DNA of 64,000 bases from an uncultured Gammaproteobacteria bacterium (GTDB lineage: Bacteria; Patescibacteriota; Microgenomatia; Levybacterales; GWA1-39-11): positions 14,509-78,508 of the forward strand of contig CAZIAP010000004.1 of assembly GCA_964537315.1 (NCBI GenBank), written 5' to 3'. The position numbers and the translations under genes were made by a program. Positions 8,365 through 19,448 of this stretch are shown piece by piece. The notes under the pieces were generated by a model. The model did not search any database. It saw nothing but the letters and a program-made list of their open reading frames with translations, and was not told where the DNA came from. Numbering within the stretch: position 1 is the first letter of the stretch; each line of letters begins with the position of its first letter.

Positions 8365-11112
8365 TCACGTCTGTTGACGAGAACTCTCGTTACCCCTTTT
8401 ACTTCTCTGTTTTGTAGCACCTTTAGTCTGACCATTTCCATCAAGCGTAATCCTTTCGATTTTTACTCCTTCTTTCTCAGTAAATGAAATTTTAACTGTA
8501 TCTCCTTCCTGAATATCACCTTTCAGCATCTCTTTTGCTAATTGAGTCTCAACTTCACGTTGAATTCGTCGTCGTAATTCTCTTGCACCAAACTCCGGCA
8601 TATAACCAACTTGTGCTAAGTGATTTATGAGCTGTTCACTAAAGACAAGCTCTATACCTTGCCCTCGTGCTATTTGCTTTACGCGCTCAAGTTGTAATTT
8701 TGTAATAAGTTTTATTTGTTCCTCGGTCAAGGCATGAAAAACGATGATTTCATCAATCCTATTTAAAAATTCCGGTCGAAAGTGAGAACGTAAGACCCCC
8801 ATCAATTCGTCTTTTAACACATCATATGGTTTTTTATTCGATAGCTTCATATTTTCCTGGATGATGCCTGATCCCAAATTACTGGTCGCGATAATAATAG
8901 TATTTGTAAAATCAACAATTCGTCCTTTTCCATCTGTCAGACGACCATCATCAAGAACTTGCAGCAAAATGTTATATACATCACTATGTGCCTTCTCAAT
9001 CTCATCAAGGAGAATAACAGAATATGGTCTCCGCCTGACTGCCTCAGTGAGTTGCCCTCCCTCTTCATATCCGACATAGCCTGGAGGAGCACCGATCAGT
9101 CGGGAAACACTATAGCGCTCCATATATTCGGACATATCGATTCTAGTAAGAGCATCATCATCTCCGAAAACAAACCACGCAAGTGCTTTTGCAAGCTCAG
9201 TTTTACCGACACCTGTCGGTCCGAGGAATAGAAAACTGGCAACCGGCCTCTTTCCTTCCATTAAACCTGCTCTGGATCTTCTGATAGCGTCTGAAACTGC
9301 ATTTATTGCCTCTTCCTGTCCCACTACCCGATCATGAAGCCTGCGTTCCATCTGCAATAGTTTTTCTTTTTCAGCTTGAGTTAGCTCTGTAACTGGAACG
9401 CCGGTCAGCTTTGAGGTAACCTGTGCAATATGTTCACGAGTTACCTCAGATGTCGTAACACCACGTTCTCGTCTTGATTTCGCTTCCAGCTGCTCTTTTT
9501 CTCCCAGCAATTTCTTAATCTCATTCTCATGTTCTTTTGCTAAGTCATATTGCTTCCGTGAGGTAGCAAATTCTTGTTCGCGTTTGAGTTTCGCAAGCTG
9601 TTCTTCTAACCGTTTTATCTCCTGGGAACGCGAAGTAGACAATATTCGGACTCGTGATGCTGCCTGATCAACCAAATCAATTGCCTTGTCCGGTAAAAAG
9701 CGATTAGCAATATACCTATCTGATAGCTCGCTAGCCGCAACGATAGCATCATCAGTAATTTTTACTTTATGATGCGCTTCATACCTATCCCGTAACCCCT
9801 TCAAAATTTCGATCGTTTGCTCCACTGTCGGCTCCGGTACAAATACCGGTTGAAAACGCCGCTCAAGTGCCGCATCTTTTTCAATATACTTCTGGTATTC
9901 ATTTAATGTGGTAGCGCCAATCAGATGTAAATCTCCCCTGGCCAGATGAGGCTTGATAACATTTGAAACATCGAGCCCACCTTCCTGTCCTCCGCCGCCC
10001 GCACCGACAATAGTGTGTAACTCGTCAATAAATAATATGAGCTCATCTTTATGAGCGGTAATTTCATCGAGTACCGCTTTTATTCTCTCTTCAAATTCTC
10101 CTCGATATTTTGATCCTGCAACTATGGAATTAATATTTACTTCAACGACTCGCTTATTCAACAGTACTTCAGGAACGTCCTCATTCACGATTCGCTGTGC
10201 AAGACCTTCAACAATAGCCGTTTTCCCAACACCAGGCTCACCAATGAGTACAGGATTGTTCTTCGTCCTTCTGGATAGAATCTCAATTGTCGACTCAATC
10301 TCACCTGCCCGCCCAATAACAGGATCAAGCTTTCCCGCTCGAGCCAAATTAGAAAGATCACGAGAATATTTATCGAGTTGAGGAGTGTTACTTTTTGCCT
10401 CTACTCTCCCTTCTTTTGCCCCACGTCCGACAACTTTCAATGTTTGTTGCCTGAGACTCTGAGGATTGAGACCGTATTTTCTCAGCACCTCTCCGGCAAG
10501 TCCTTCCTCCTCAGAAAGAGCGATCAATAGATGCTCCGGGCCAATATATCCGTGTCCTAGCTCTTGCGATATCCGAAATGCTTTTTCAAATATATCTTTC
10601 AGTCTCGGGGATGGACTTAGCTCAATTTCCCCGGATAATTTCTTCTCTCCTCTAGGAGCATTCTCATCTATGTAAAGTTTCAGGTCTTCGGATTTTAGTT
10701 TAAATTGTCGAAGTATTTCAGCTGCAACATCACTCTCGACAATTGCAGAAAGAAGATGCTCAGTGTCAACTTCGAGTCTATTAAAGTCTACCGCTTTTTT
10801 ACCTGCTTCCTGAATCAGCTCTTTCGTCTGATCAGAAAAATAACTGCTAATATCTACCGCCTCTCGATGTCTGGGAATTGGATATCCCATCCCTGACGAC
10901 ATTCCGGTAAAATCCTGATCAAAAAGAGAACTGAGGTCACCAAATGGACTATCTCCTGATAAAAGAGATTGGAAAGGAGATAAGGAACGCTGCTGTAAAC
11001 GCTCTAGATCTATAGCACACACCTCAAGTGTTTCTTCTGCCCCACCTCGTGAAACTCGTACCCTTGTAGTTGCTGGCCGTTTATTGCATATATCACATAT
11101 CCCATTTGCCAT
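8365..11112 (-). CDS. Clp/Hsp100 AAA+ ATPase (ClpC-like with N-terminal Cys zinc-finger)
   Basis: Two AAA modules ([16 protein letters not shown]), Clp-N repeats, short middle coiled-coil, N-terminal CDIC...C. Confidence 0.93.
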   Translation of the reverse strand: MANGICDICNKRPATTRVRVSRGGAEETLEVCAIDLERLQQRSLSPFQSLLSGDSPFGDLSSLFDQDFTGMSSGMGYPIPRHREAVDISSYFSDQTKELIQEAGKKAVDFNRLEVDTEHLLSAIVESDVAAEILRQFKLKSEDLKLYIDENAPRGEKKLSGEIELSPSPRLKDIFEKAFRISQELGHGYIGPEHLLIALSEEEGLAGEVLRKYGLNPQSLRQQTLKVVGRGAKEGRVEAKSNTPQLDKYSRDLSNLARAGKLDPVIGRAGEIESTIEILSRRTKNNPVLIGEPGVGKTAIVEGLAQRIVNEDVPEVLLNKRVVEVNINSIVAGSKYRGEFEERIKAVLDEITAHKDELILFIDELHTIVGAGGGGQEGGLDVSNVIKPHLARGDLHLIGATTLNEYQKYIEKDAALERRFQPVFVPEPTVEQTIEILKGLRDRYEAHHKVKITDDAIVAASELSDRYIANRFLPDKAIDLVDQAASRVRILSTSRSQEIKRLEEQLAKLKREQEFATSRKQYDLAKEHENEIKKLLGEKEQLEAKSRRERGVTTSEVTREHIAQVTSKLTGVPVTELTQAEKEKLLQMERRLHDRVVGQEEAINAVSDAIRRSRAGLMEGKRPVASFLFLGPTGVGKTELAKALAWFVFGDDDALTRIDMSEYMERYSVSRLIGAPPGYVGYEEGGQLTEAVRRRPYSVILLDEIEKAHSDVYNILLQVLDDGRLTDGKGRIVDFTNTIIIATSNLGSGIIQENMKLSNKKPYDVLKDELMGVLRSHFRPEFLNRIDEIIVFHALTEEQIKLITKLQLERVKQIARGQGIELVFSEQLINHLAQVGYMPEFGARELRRRIQREVETQLAKEMLKGDIQEGDTVKISFTEKEGVKIERITLDGNGQTKGATKQRSKRGNESSRQQT

Positions 11113-11254
11113 ACTACTATCTATATCCTTTTAGGAAGATAGATATATGTGAGATGTGTATGAGTCACAAATGAATTACATAATTCAGCTCTTGCGGTTA
11201 TAATTCTTTCATATCAAGGCCGAGGAACTTGTAGGGTCAACCGGAACTCTAAAG

Positions 11255-11431
11255 ATGGGACGGTGTGGCTTGCATCCCTCACTTCATGTATATGTTAACC
11301 AGCCTCCGCTTGAAGGAAAAGCAAACATGGCAGTTATTCAGGCGCTTGCTGACTATTTCAAAGTAAAAAAAACCAACATCGTTCTTTTGTCAGGACACAA
11401 ATCTAAGTTGAAGTTATTCAATATACTGTGA
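11255..11431 (+). pseudogene. DUF167/YggU family protein lacking its normal N-terminus
   Basis: Manual translation MGRCGLHPSLHVYVNQPPLEGKANMAVIQALADYFKVKKTNIVLLSGHKSKLK; PP.EGKAN and SG.KS motifs; in-frame stop at 11201. Confidence 0.65.
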
Positions 11432-11473
11432 TAAATCTCTAAGAGGGTAAAAAGACCGCAAGGGACAGTTTTT

Positions 11474-11749
11474 TTAACTCAGCACATTTTCATTACTCAT
11501 TCGATCAATCGCCTCGTTTAACTTATCATCGCTTGGCTCGACCAACACATCACCATTTGGGAAAACAATTGTAGGTATCGATCTCATTCCGTTATTTATT
11601 TCTACTACCTTTTCTGCTGCGTCCGGAACTTCATCAATATTTATATACTCATATGGTATTTTTTTATTGTCTAAAAATGACTTAGATCTAGCACAATCAT
11701 GACACCATGTCGTCGCATAAAATCTAACTAATTTATTATTTTTACTCAT
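11474..11749 (-). CDS. Glutaredoxin/mycoredoxin-like protein
   Basis: WCHDC, NNGMRSIPTIVF, LVEPS. Confidence 0.9.
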   Translation of the reverse strand: MSKNNKLVRFYATTWCHDCARSKSFLDNKKIPYEYINIDEVPDAAEKVVEINNGMRSIPTIVFPNGDVLVEPSDDKLNEAIDRMSNENVLS

Positions 11750-11752
11750 ATC

Positions 11753-12610
11753 CTACAATGAATACTTTACAAATGGTAAAAGATACTTTGGTGGAGCTAT
11801 TCCCAGATCTAACTCTGACTGAAGCTTATTGTACTTATCTATTCGTTGTGGGTACCAGGTCTGTCCTTCAAGAATCCTGTCGTGTTTATGTTTTTGATAA
11901 ACGTACTCGAAAGCAATAACTGTATTTTTATAGGTGTCGTTTGAGACACGCCCGTCTGTGCCATACCGTTGATGATAATGATATAGTATCTCCGGCACGT
12001 GAAGTAAACCTTGAGGATATTTCTCGCTAAGCTGAAGCGCAAACTCCCAATCTTCCAACGCTCCAAGATCAGGATGTTCATCAAAACGGATACCGTCGTC
12101 TATTACTTTTCTGGAATGCATAAAACCTATATTATCGAAATGAAACTTCTTTAAACCAATATCTTGTGGAGTAATATTTTTAGGAACATTTTCAGAATCA
12201 TCTATTTCTCGTACTAAGAAATTATCAACGTAAAGTTCCAGTGTTTTTTTACCACGAGGGATTGCAAATATGGTATTTTTATTTTTCTCGATATGTTTGA
12301 GCATTACTTCCAGATGAGTGTGGTATAGCTCATCATCATCGTCAAGATATGTAATCCAGTCACCTTTTGCTACGTTTAAGGCAGTATTTCTTGCAGCAGA
12401 TGGTCCTTTATTAGTATCGTGGCGAATGTATCGCACTCTCTTATCTGAAAAGCTCTTCACAACGTCGTTCGTCTCATCCTTTGAGTTATCATCAACAATA
12501 ATATACTCTAAATTTTTATATGTCTGAGATAATATGCTCTCCATAGCATTTCGGAGTACATATGCACGGTTATGAGTTGGAGTAATAACGGTCACAAAAG
12601 GAGTATTCAT
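11753..12610 (-). CDS. Glycosyltransferase family 2
   Basis: VITPTHNR, IVDDNSKD, GPSAARN, YLDDDD, EDWEF. Confidence 0.93.
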   Translation of the reverse strand: MNTPFVTVITPTHNRAYVLRNAMESILSQTYKNLEYIIVDDNSKDETNDVVKSFSDKRVRYIRHDTNKGPSAARNTALNVAKGDWITYLDDDDELYHTHLEVMLKHIEKNKNTIFAIPRGKKTLELYVDNFLVREIDDSENVPKNITPQDIGLKKFHFDNIGFMHSRKVIDDGIRFDEHPDLGALEDWEFALQLSEKYPQGLLHVPEILYHYHQRYGTDGRVSNDTYKNTVIAFEYVYQKHKHDRILEGQTWYPQRIDKYNKLQSELDLGIAPPKYLLPFVKYSL

Positions 12611-12618
12611 AGAGTTGT

Positions 12619-13224
12619 TTACACATGCGCGAGCTTATGTGACATCTTCTCTTTTTTTGTCTTTAAGTATTTCTTATTTATAGGGTTGGGAAAAACCTCA
12701 ATTGGTACTTGCTCTACAACTTCAATACCATATCTTTCAAGCTGCTCTACTTTATCTGGATTGTTAGTTAGTAATCTTATTTTTTTCAAACCCAAGTCGT
12801 GAAGTATTCCAGCTGCAGTTTTATAGTCTCTGGCATCAACTGGTAAACCCAATTTCTCATTTGCTTCTACAGTATCGTAGCCAACCTCCTGCAATGCATA
12901 AGCTTTTATTTTGTTGGTTAGACCAATTCCTCTACCTTCCTGATTTAAGTACACTATAACTCCGCTGCCATTTTTTTGAATCTGCTCCATACTCTGTTTC
13001 AGTTGATCACCACAGTCACATTTCAATGAGAACAATATATCTCCTGTAACACACGATGAATGAAGACGAACTAACGTCTCATCATTTATAACACCCTTAA
13101 CCAAGGCAAAGTGTTCCTGATTGTCTGAGGTTTTGTAGATAATAATTTGAAATCTACCTAGCTTGGTAGGAAGAATAGTATGAGCTGTGCTTTTTAAACC
13201 TCTTACTGATTTTTGTTTTTTCAT
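12619..13224 (-). CDS. ribA: GTP cyclohydrolase II
   Basis: VRLHSSCVTGD...CDCGDQL, QEGRGIGL, DTVEAN, LLTNNPDK. Confidence 0.96.
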   Translation of the reverse strand: MKKQKSVRGLKSTAHTILPTKLGRFQIIIYKTSDNQEHFALVKGVINDETLVRLHSSCVTGDILFSLKCDCGDQLKQSMEQIQKNGSGVIVYLNQEGRGIGLTNKIKAYALQEVGYDTVEANEKLGLPVDARDYKTAAGILHDLGLKKIRLLTNNPDKVEQLERYGIEVVEQVPIEVFPNPINKKYLKTKKEKMSHKLAHV

Positions 13225-13943
13225 TATTTGTACTCCCCATAATCCTCTGATTTTATATACAATGAATCCACACCAGCATCAGCCAATACATTTGAGAGAC
13301 TTGTTACCAGTCCTGTCGGTCCAGCAAGATAAAATATAGTGTTGCTAATGTCACCTACATGTTTTTTTATCATTTCCTCATTAATATAACCAGTTTCACC
13401 CTGCCACTTATCAGTGTCTTCCTGAGTCATCGTAGGAATGAATATGAAGTTCTTATTTTGCTGTGCTATCTTCTCCAGTTCTTCAAAAAAAGGTGCATCC
13501 TTGATCGTACGATTTGAGTAAAAAAGATAAATTTTTTGTGCTGAATTACTTGTAGCTGCTTGTCTGATCATACTAATAAATGGTGTAATTCCAATACCAC
13601 CAGACAAGAATACTACTGGTCTTGAAGTATCTTTAGGCAATGTCATTGATCCTCTAGGATTTATAATTTCTACCTCTAAACCTTCAGGAGCGTTCTTTAA
13701 TGTCTGTTTAAATGCGGAATTTCTAATTCGTGTAGCAAATCCAATTTCCTCTTCAGAAGGAATAGTGATAAACGAAAGTGTGCGATCGTTACCTTCATCG
13801 TCTGTTTGAGGAGGATTAATTAGTCTTACAGTAGGATGTTGACCTGGCTCATAAACTAAGCCTTCCGGTTTCTCAAAGTAAAAAGCCATTGTCCCATTTG
13901 CGACTTCTTCTTTTCTTATTAATTTAGATTTAAATTCAGCCAT
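13224..13943 (-). CDS. Ferredoxin-NADP reductase-like FAD/NAD(P) oxidoreductase
   Basis: PGQ, RTLS, GGIGITPF, YSNR, YLAGP, EDY. Confidence 0.9.
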   Translation of the reverse strand: MAEFKSKLIRKEEVANGTMAFYFEKPEGLVYEPGQHPTVRLINPPQTDDEGNDRTLSFITIPSEEEIGFATRIRNSAFKQTLKNAPEGLEVEIINPRGSMTLPKDTSRPVVFLSGGIGITPFISMIRQAATSNSAQKIYLFYSNRTIKDAPFFEELEKIAQQNKNFIFIPTMTQEDTDKWQGETGYINEEMIKKHVGDISNTIFYLAGPTGLVTSLSNVLADAGVDSLYIKSEDYGEYK

Positions 13944-13945
13944 AT

Positions 13946-14281
13946 TTAACCTTCCTGTTCTCCTAAAATTATTTTTGCAATTGAGTCTACCAATGGGTCA
14001 TTTTGCTTAATTCTGTAAAATACAGTCTGACCAACTTTTTCTCTTGTAACAAGCCCTGAACGTTCTAAGAGCTTTAACTGTTGAGATATTGCAGGAACAG
14101 TCATACCCATGATATGTGCAATATCAGTAACATTAACGTCATCACCATGAGTTACCAAAAGTAGTCTGAATGCGCGACAACGTGTAGGATCTGCAACTGC
14201 GTTAAAGATATCAGTCAATTTGTCTTGATCTATAGTAATTGTTTCCTTAATTTTTTCGACTTGCTTTGTAGTTAGTGCCAT
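13946..14281 (-). CDS. ArsR/SmtB family transcriptional regulator
   Basis: FNAVADPTR, AISQQLKLLERSGLV, G..VFY. Confidence 0.92.
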   Translation of the reverse strand: MALTTKQVEKIKETITIDQDKLTDIFNAVADPTRCRAFRLLLVTHGDDVNVTDIAHIMGMTVPAISQQLKLLERSGLVTREKVGQTVFYRIKQNDPLVDSIAKIILGEQEG

Positions 14282-14305
14282 ATTTTCAATAATTGTTTAT
14301 TTAAT

Positions 14306-14352
14306 TATTTAAACAACTGCTTAAGTATATCTAAATATTTGCCCCTTGTCAA
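14306..14352 (-). promoter_or_regulatory. Sigma70 promoter with overlapping ArsR-type operator
   Basis: TTGACA(14352-47)-N17-TATACT(14329-24); imperfect palindrome TATTTAAACAACTGCTTAAGTA 14306-14327. Confidence 0.7.
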
Positions 14353-14390
14353 GTGATCAATAATTTTGAAAAGAAAAATTCAATTAACTA

Positions 14391-14993
14391 TTAGTGCTCT
14401 CCTATGAAGTGTTTGTGTTCTTTGTGTTTTTCGTTATATCTCCAGTATGGGAGAATACCTATTAAATTCACCAAACTGGAGATAATAAATAAAATTTTAA
14501 ACCCGAATTCTTCTGCGATAACCCCTCCTAAGGCTGTAGCTATTCCCATACCAGTAAATGTGACAGCGTGATAAATACCCCAAGTTCTAGAGGCCTCTGC
14601 TCTACCTAGGTTGAGTGAGAACATAGATAGTTTTGCTGGTGAAGATATTGCAAAACTCATTCCTGCAACGATGAAGAACAAGTAAAAAGTAATTAAAGTG
14701 GGAAAAAAAGCAATCATAAGGTAGCTACATGAAAGCAGGGTCATTCCAACCACATCTGTAATCATTCTTTTTCTGTCAGAGGGGAATTTTACGTAGTTAC
14801 TAACTACTAGTTCACTTATAACACGTACGAGTAAATAAAGCGTAAATCCAAATGCTGCTGTACGCACATTACCACCAGGGAGTGTAGATACAACAAAAAC
14901 AGCAATAATATGAGAAACAAAGTTCCAAGCTGACCAGAAAAACGCTTCAGAAAAAATAAAAGCCACTACGATGGGGTTCATTTTTTTCCACAT
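14391..14993 (-). CDS. Half-size (6-TM) MFS-like transporter
   Basis: Six hydrophobic segments; SDRKR loop, LGGVIAEEFGFK. Confidence 0.7.
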   Translation of the reverse strand: MWKKMNPIVVAFIFSEAFFWSAWNFVSHIIAVFVVSTLPGGNVRTAAFGFTLYLLVRVISELVVSNYVKFPSDRKRMITDVVGMTLLSCSYLMIAFFPTLITFYLFFIVAGMSFAISSPAKLSMFSLNLGRAEASRTWGIYHAVTFTGMGIATALGGVIAEEFGFKILFIISSLVNLIGILPYWRYNEKHKEHKHFIGEH

Positions 14994-15125
14994 GTTTTAA
15001 GTATACAATATTCTAGCGAGACAAGCACTATACCAATAGACATCTAGTTATCACTAGATATTGCTCGTACGAATATTAATCTACTTGTTGCAGATACTCG
15101 CCAATAATACTAGAATAATAACGTT

Positions 15126-15830
15126 ATGGAAATTTTCGATCTAGTTCTGCACTTCGACGAACATCTCGCAAATATCATCGCGTTTTTCGGACCTTTCACA
15201 TATGTAATACTTTTTCTCATCGTATTCGCTGAAACCGGATTGGTAGTTACTCCATTTCTACCGGGAGATTCGCTATTATTTGTAGTTGGCACATTGGCAG
15301 GAGGCGGTTTTCTCAACATTTGGATAGCGTACTTTTCGTTGTTAATTGCCGCTATATTAGGAGACACAGTAAATTATTGGATTGGTCATCATATCGGACC
15401 TAAAGTGTTTTCAAGAGAGAACTCCAAAATATTTAACAAAGCATATCTCGAAAAAACAAGAGGATTTTATGAAAAGCACGGTGGAAAAACTATCATTTTA
15501 GCTCGATTTTTACCCATAATCCGTACATTCGCACCTTTTGTTGCAGGAGTTGGAAACATGCACTATAGAACATTTATCTTTTTTAACGTTGTAGGTGCAT
15601 TCATCTGGGTAACTAGCCTTATATTTGCAGGATACTTCTTTGGTGGCCTACCCTTCATAAAAGAAAATTTTGAGTTTGCGGTCATTGGAATTATCGTAGT
15701 ATCACTAATCCCTGCTGTGATTGAGTTTATTCAGCATAAACGAGGACCAAAACTCACCAAAAAACAACTGGAGCACGCAACTTACAAAGATATTAAACAA
15801 ACATTTAAAAAAGAAAACCTCAACAACTAG
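15126..15830 (+). CDS. dedA: DedA family membrane protein
   Basis: FAETGLVVTPFLPGDSLLF, GDTVNY, ARFLPIIRTFAPFVAG. Confidence 0.95.
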   Translation: MEIFDLVLHFDEHLANIIAFFGPFTYVILFLIVFAETGLVVTPFLPGDSLLFVVGTLAGGGFLNIWIAYFSLLIAAILGDTVNYWIGHHIGPKVFSRENSKIFNKAYLEKTRGFYEKHGGKTIILARFLPIIRTFAPFVAGVGNMHYRTFIFFNVVGAFIWVTSLIFAGYFFGGLPFIKENFEFAVIGIIVVSLIPAVIEFIQHKRGPKLTKKQLEHATYKDIKQTFKKENLNN

Positions 15831-15845
15831 TAGTATCAAACAAGC

Positions 15846-16307
15846 CTACTTTCTCCTTGTTCTAGATTGTTTATAAGTCTCAGTCGCCTCCGGAGATTTT
15901 CTATTTATATGTGGAATTCTAGGTGTAAAAGCAACAGCGATAGTTACAATGATTCCGATTAAATAAAAGTCATATCCAAAGGCCATACCAATCGCCCCTG
16001 ATACCCATATACTTGCAGCAGTAGTTAGATTTCTTACGCTCGATCCTTCTTTTAAAATCAAACCCGCACCTAAAAACCCTATTCCTGATACAATCTGCGC
16101 AGCAATTCTAGATTTTGATGCTGGATCTACTACTGAAGACATGAATGTAAAAAGCATCGCGCCGGTAATAACAAGAATATGTGTACTAATTCCTGCGTCT
16201 TTCCCTCTGGACTCTCTTTCAGCTCCTATAACAAATCCTGCAACCATGCTTAGAAGTAAATTAATTAATAAATCAATCTCACTTTGAGAAATTAATTGAC
16301 TTAACAT
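15846..16307 (-). CDS. MgtC/SapB family protein
   Basis: IGAERE, AGISTH, RIAAQIVSGIGFLGAGLI, LTTAASIW. Confidence 0.93.
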   Translation of the reverse strand: MLSQLISQSEIDLLINLLLSMVAGFVIGAERESRGKDAGISTHILVITGAMLFTFMSSVVDPASKSRIAAQIVSGIGFLGAGLILKEGSSVRNLTTAASIWVSGAIGMAFGYDFYLIGIIVTIAVAFTPRIPHINRKSPEATETYKQSRTRRK

Positions 16308-16410
16308 GCAGAGTATTATAGCAAAGCAAAATTTAAAATAATATCGATTTACCTATCCCTTACACGTCTTTAATTCATATTTATTTATAAATTTTTATAG
16401 TGTTCGTTTC

Positions 16411-17067
16411 ATGAAAAAAACTTTAATATTGCCGCTACTATTATTAGTTCTCTCTGCCTCAACTGTATTTGCAGACAATAGAGACCATTTTATTTTCTCG
16501 CAACACACTTTTTATAGTAAAAACTTTGCAAATCAATTTAAACAAAATTATTTATCCCAAAATGACCAACGGCATAATCCGGAACTAAGAGTTGAGCTAA
16601 ATAGAGCGATGTTAGAACATGCAGCACTTGCAGCACTTCATTTAAAATTACTTTTTGAAGAACAGGACACCTCTAGATCGAGAGAATTATTATTTGAGAA
16701 TGGAAATAAAATTGTAGAACTAATTACGCAAGAAGATAACAATGATATTCGTGATCAATTTATGTCTCTCTGGATCAGTCACATCGAAGAGTATGAGCGA
16801 TATACCTTAGCATTAAGAAACAATGATCAACAAGCCATGGAATCATCCCGTGAAAGCCTCAACCAAATAAGTGAAGATCTAGGAAACATCTTTAGTCAAG
16901 ATTCCGATCAGATAGCAGAACATATGAGAACACATGTTGATTTGACTCTCAGTATTGTAGATACTTTCCCGCAGCAGGATGTTAATGAAATGATTTCGCG
17001 TATCAAACAAGGATCGGACCATGCAGCGATGTTTGCAGATGAAATCTACTCTACTCTAACCAGATGA
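16411..17067 (+). CDS. Secreted helical His-containing hypothetical protein
   Basis: Signal peptide MKKTLIL...FA; EH, W.SHI, HM..H motifs. Confidence 0.65.
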   Translation: MKKTLILPLLLLVLSASTVFADNRDHFIFSQHTFYSKNFANQFKQNYLSQNDQRHNPELRVELNRAMLEHAALAALHLKLLFEEQDTSRSRELLFENGNKIVELITQEDNNDIRDQFMSLWISHIEEYERYTLALRNNDQQAMESSRESLNQISEDLGNIFSQDSDQIAEHMRTHVDLTLSIVDTFPQQDVNEMISRIKQGSDHAAMFADEIYSTLTR

Positions 17068-17081
17068 CCATCATCTAATAA

Positions 17082-17711
17082 TCATGTTTTTTTTAACATA
17101 GCATTAACTTCTGCGTCAGTAACTTCAGAAAAATCTTGATAATAAAAATTTATGGATCTCATTTTATTAGGTTTAATTAGACATATTATATGATCTACTT
17201 CTACTCTAATACGTTTTACAGTCTCATGGGCACATACCGGAGCTGCAAAAATGATTTTTTCAGGCTTATTTTTCTTGAGCGCTTTAATTGCAGCCCTCGC
17301 TGTTACGCCGGTAGCAAGACCATCGTCGACTAAAATTATTGTTTTCCCTGATGTATTTGGAAGTGGTTTACCTGACCTGTATTGCTTTATTCTACGGTTG
17401 AGTTCGTTTTTCTCAGATTCTAATACTTTATCTATCTGATTGCTTGTAATACCCAGATAATCAATTATGCATCTATCAAGTATGAAGGTATCATTTTCTG
17501 CAATTGCTCCTATTCCTAATTCTGGATTATCGGGTGACCCCAATTTACGTACCACCAATACGAAGAGAGGTAATTTTAATTTTTCAGAAACCTCGTATCC
17601 AATTCTCACACCACCGCGAGGAAGCGCAATCACGATAGATTTGTCATCTACATATTTATCCAAATCTTTAGACAATTCAACACCCGCATCGGCTCTATCT
17701 ATAAATTGCAT
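17082..17711 (-). CDS. Type I phosphoribosyltransferase
   Basis: F.DRADAG, ALPRGG, VRKLG, ILVDDGLATG, YQDF.EVTD. Confidence 0.92.
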   Translation of the reverse strand: MQFIDRADAGVELSKDLDKYVDDKSIVIALPRGGVRIGYEVSEKLKLPLFVLVVRKLGSPDNPELGIGAIAENDTFILDRCIIDYLGITSNQIDKVLESEKNELNRRIKQYRSGKPLPNTSGKTIILVDDGLATGVTARAAIKALKKNKPEKIIFAAPVCAHETVKRIRVEVDHIICLIKPNKMRSINFYYQDFSEVTDAEVNAMLKKT

Positions 17712-17778
17712 AACAATAAGTAAAGCTTGTGATTATAAAGTACGAAATAATTTTTTGTAAGAATGAGGTTTATAATGT

Positions 17779-19437
17779 TTACTGAAAACTTTGACGAATA
17801 TGTTTCTTTGAAAAAGCAGCACTTGAGTCAGTTTTCTTGTGAGGATTAAAAATATTTTGTGGATCAAATATATTTTTCACTTCTTTAAAGATTTCAAACA
17901 TTTCATTTCCATACTGCTGTTTTATAAAGTGTCCTCTTACCATTCCGTCATTGTGTTCAGCAGATAGCGAACCACCATATTCCAAAACTAGATCATTTAC
18001 TTCTTTTTGAACAACATCGATCTTATCCCTTTCTTCTTGTTTCTCTATTTCCATTAACGGAATTATGTGAAAGTTACCGTCACCAATATGACCAGCTAGT
18101 GTTGAGTGTACTTCATGTCTATCAAGAATTTCTGTTAAACGGGGGAAGAATTCAACTAACTTGTCAGGTTGAACAATAAAATCATCTATAAAAGGAGCTG
18201 TGTGCTTGTTCTTTACATTCTTTCTCAATAAATTGAAGCTCTCACGTCTAATCGTAAAGTACTTATCTGCTTTACTTTCACTATCAACTGCTTCTAATCT
18301 TACTTTGTATATCGATAGTGCCTGTTTTAGTGCATCAATCTTTTCGTGAACATCTTTATGTCTTTTGCCTTCAAATTCTGCAAGCAACGTAAACTTTGGA
18401 AGCCCTCTTAAGGCAAACCTTACAAGGTTTGGAGCAAACTGCATACCCATAGCGATAGTACCTGCAACTCCAAGAACTCTAGCAAACTGAGGCATGAAGC
18501 GTATAGCAAGCTTCAGTGTTTCATCATCAAACGCTTCAAAGCTATCTGGGCTATTTTTCAAAACATCTTGGATTAAATGAGGAAGAACTTTAATATCATC
18601 GACATAAATTACCAACAGGCCGTAATGTTTATTTTTTGGTACCAAAGATAATGTTGTACTTGTATTGATACCGAGTGTTCCCTGTGCTCCTACAAATATT
18701 TTAGACATATCAAAATACTCGCGATCCCAAACATCCCAAATATTGTATGCAGTAGAATTTTTAGTAACGTCAGGTTTAGCACCTTTAATTAAGTCGTAGT
18801 TTGACTCAATTAATTTATACATCTTTTTATAGAACCTACCTTCAAAGTCTTCTTGCTTCATTTTCTCCTCAAGCTTTTCTTTCGTAATACGTCCGAATGT
18901 ATACTCGTTACCATCTGATAAAACCATGCGGATTTTCTTTACATAATCAATAGTCTTTCCATAACTAAGTGTTTTTTCTCCACCTGAGTTATTGTTGACA
19001 ATACCCCCCAATGCACAAATTGACTTAGAAGCCGGATAAGAAGGGAACAACAATCCTTTTCTTAATGTTTTCTTTTCAAAATCACGATAGTACATACCAG
19101 GTTGTACAACAGTTCCTTCTTCTTTTATTTCCCCAACTTGGTTAATATAGCGGGTAAAATCCATAATAATTGAGTTATTGATTGCACCACCAGACATATC
19201 TGTGCCGCCACTGCGAGCAGTTAATGACAAATTAGGATAGTTTTTTTTATGTTTACTTACAAAAATTACCAGATTTTTAATATCATCTGTATTTTTGGGG
19301 TATACAACTAATTGAGGCTTTACTTCAAACAAACTAGTATCATGGCTATATCTTAATAACGTATTATCATCGTATTCTACATCTCCCTTGAAAAATTCTT
19401 TTATATAATTAACCAGTGTCTCAGTATTCATTAGCAC
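17779..19437 (-). CDS. FAD-linked oxidoreductase (GlcD/D-lactate dehydrogenase-like)
   Basis: RSGGTDMSG, GGIVNNNSGG, GAQGTLG, GHIGDGNFH, SAEHNDG, FDPQNIFNP. Confidence 0.9.
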   Translation of the reverse strand: MLMNTETLVNYIKEFFKGDVEYDDNTLLRYSHDTSLFEVKPQLVVYPKNTDDIKNLVIFVSKHKKNYPNLSLTARSGGTDMSGGAINNSIIMDFTRYINQVGEIKEEGTVVQPGMYYRDFEKKTLRKGLLFPSYPASKSICALGGIVNNNSGGEKTLSYGKTIDYVKKIRMVLSDGNEYTFGRITKEKLEEKMKQEDFEGRFYKKMYKLIESNYDLIKGAKPDVTKNSTAYNIWDVWDREYFDMSKIFVGAQGTLGINTSTTLSLVPKNKHYGLLVIYVDDIKVLPHLIQDVLKNSPDSFEAFDDETLKLAIRFMPQFARVLGVAGTIAMGMQFAPNLVRFALRGLPKFTLLAEFEGKRHKDVHEKIDALKQALSIYKVRLEAVDSESKADKYFTIRRESFNLLRKNVKNKHTAPFIDDFIVQPDKLVEFFPRLTEILDRHEVHSTLAGHIGDGNFHIIPLMEIEKQEERDKIDVVQKEVNDLVLEYGGSLSAEHNDGMVRGHFIKQQYGNEMFEIFKEVKNIFDPQNIFNPHKKTDSSAAFSKKHIRQSFQ

Positions 19438-19448
19438 AACTTAACTCT

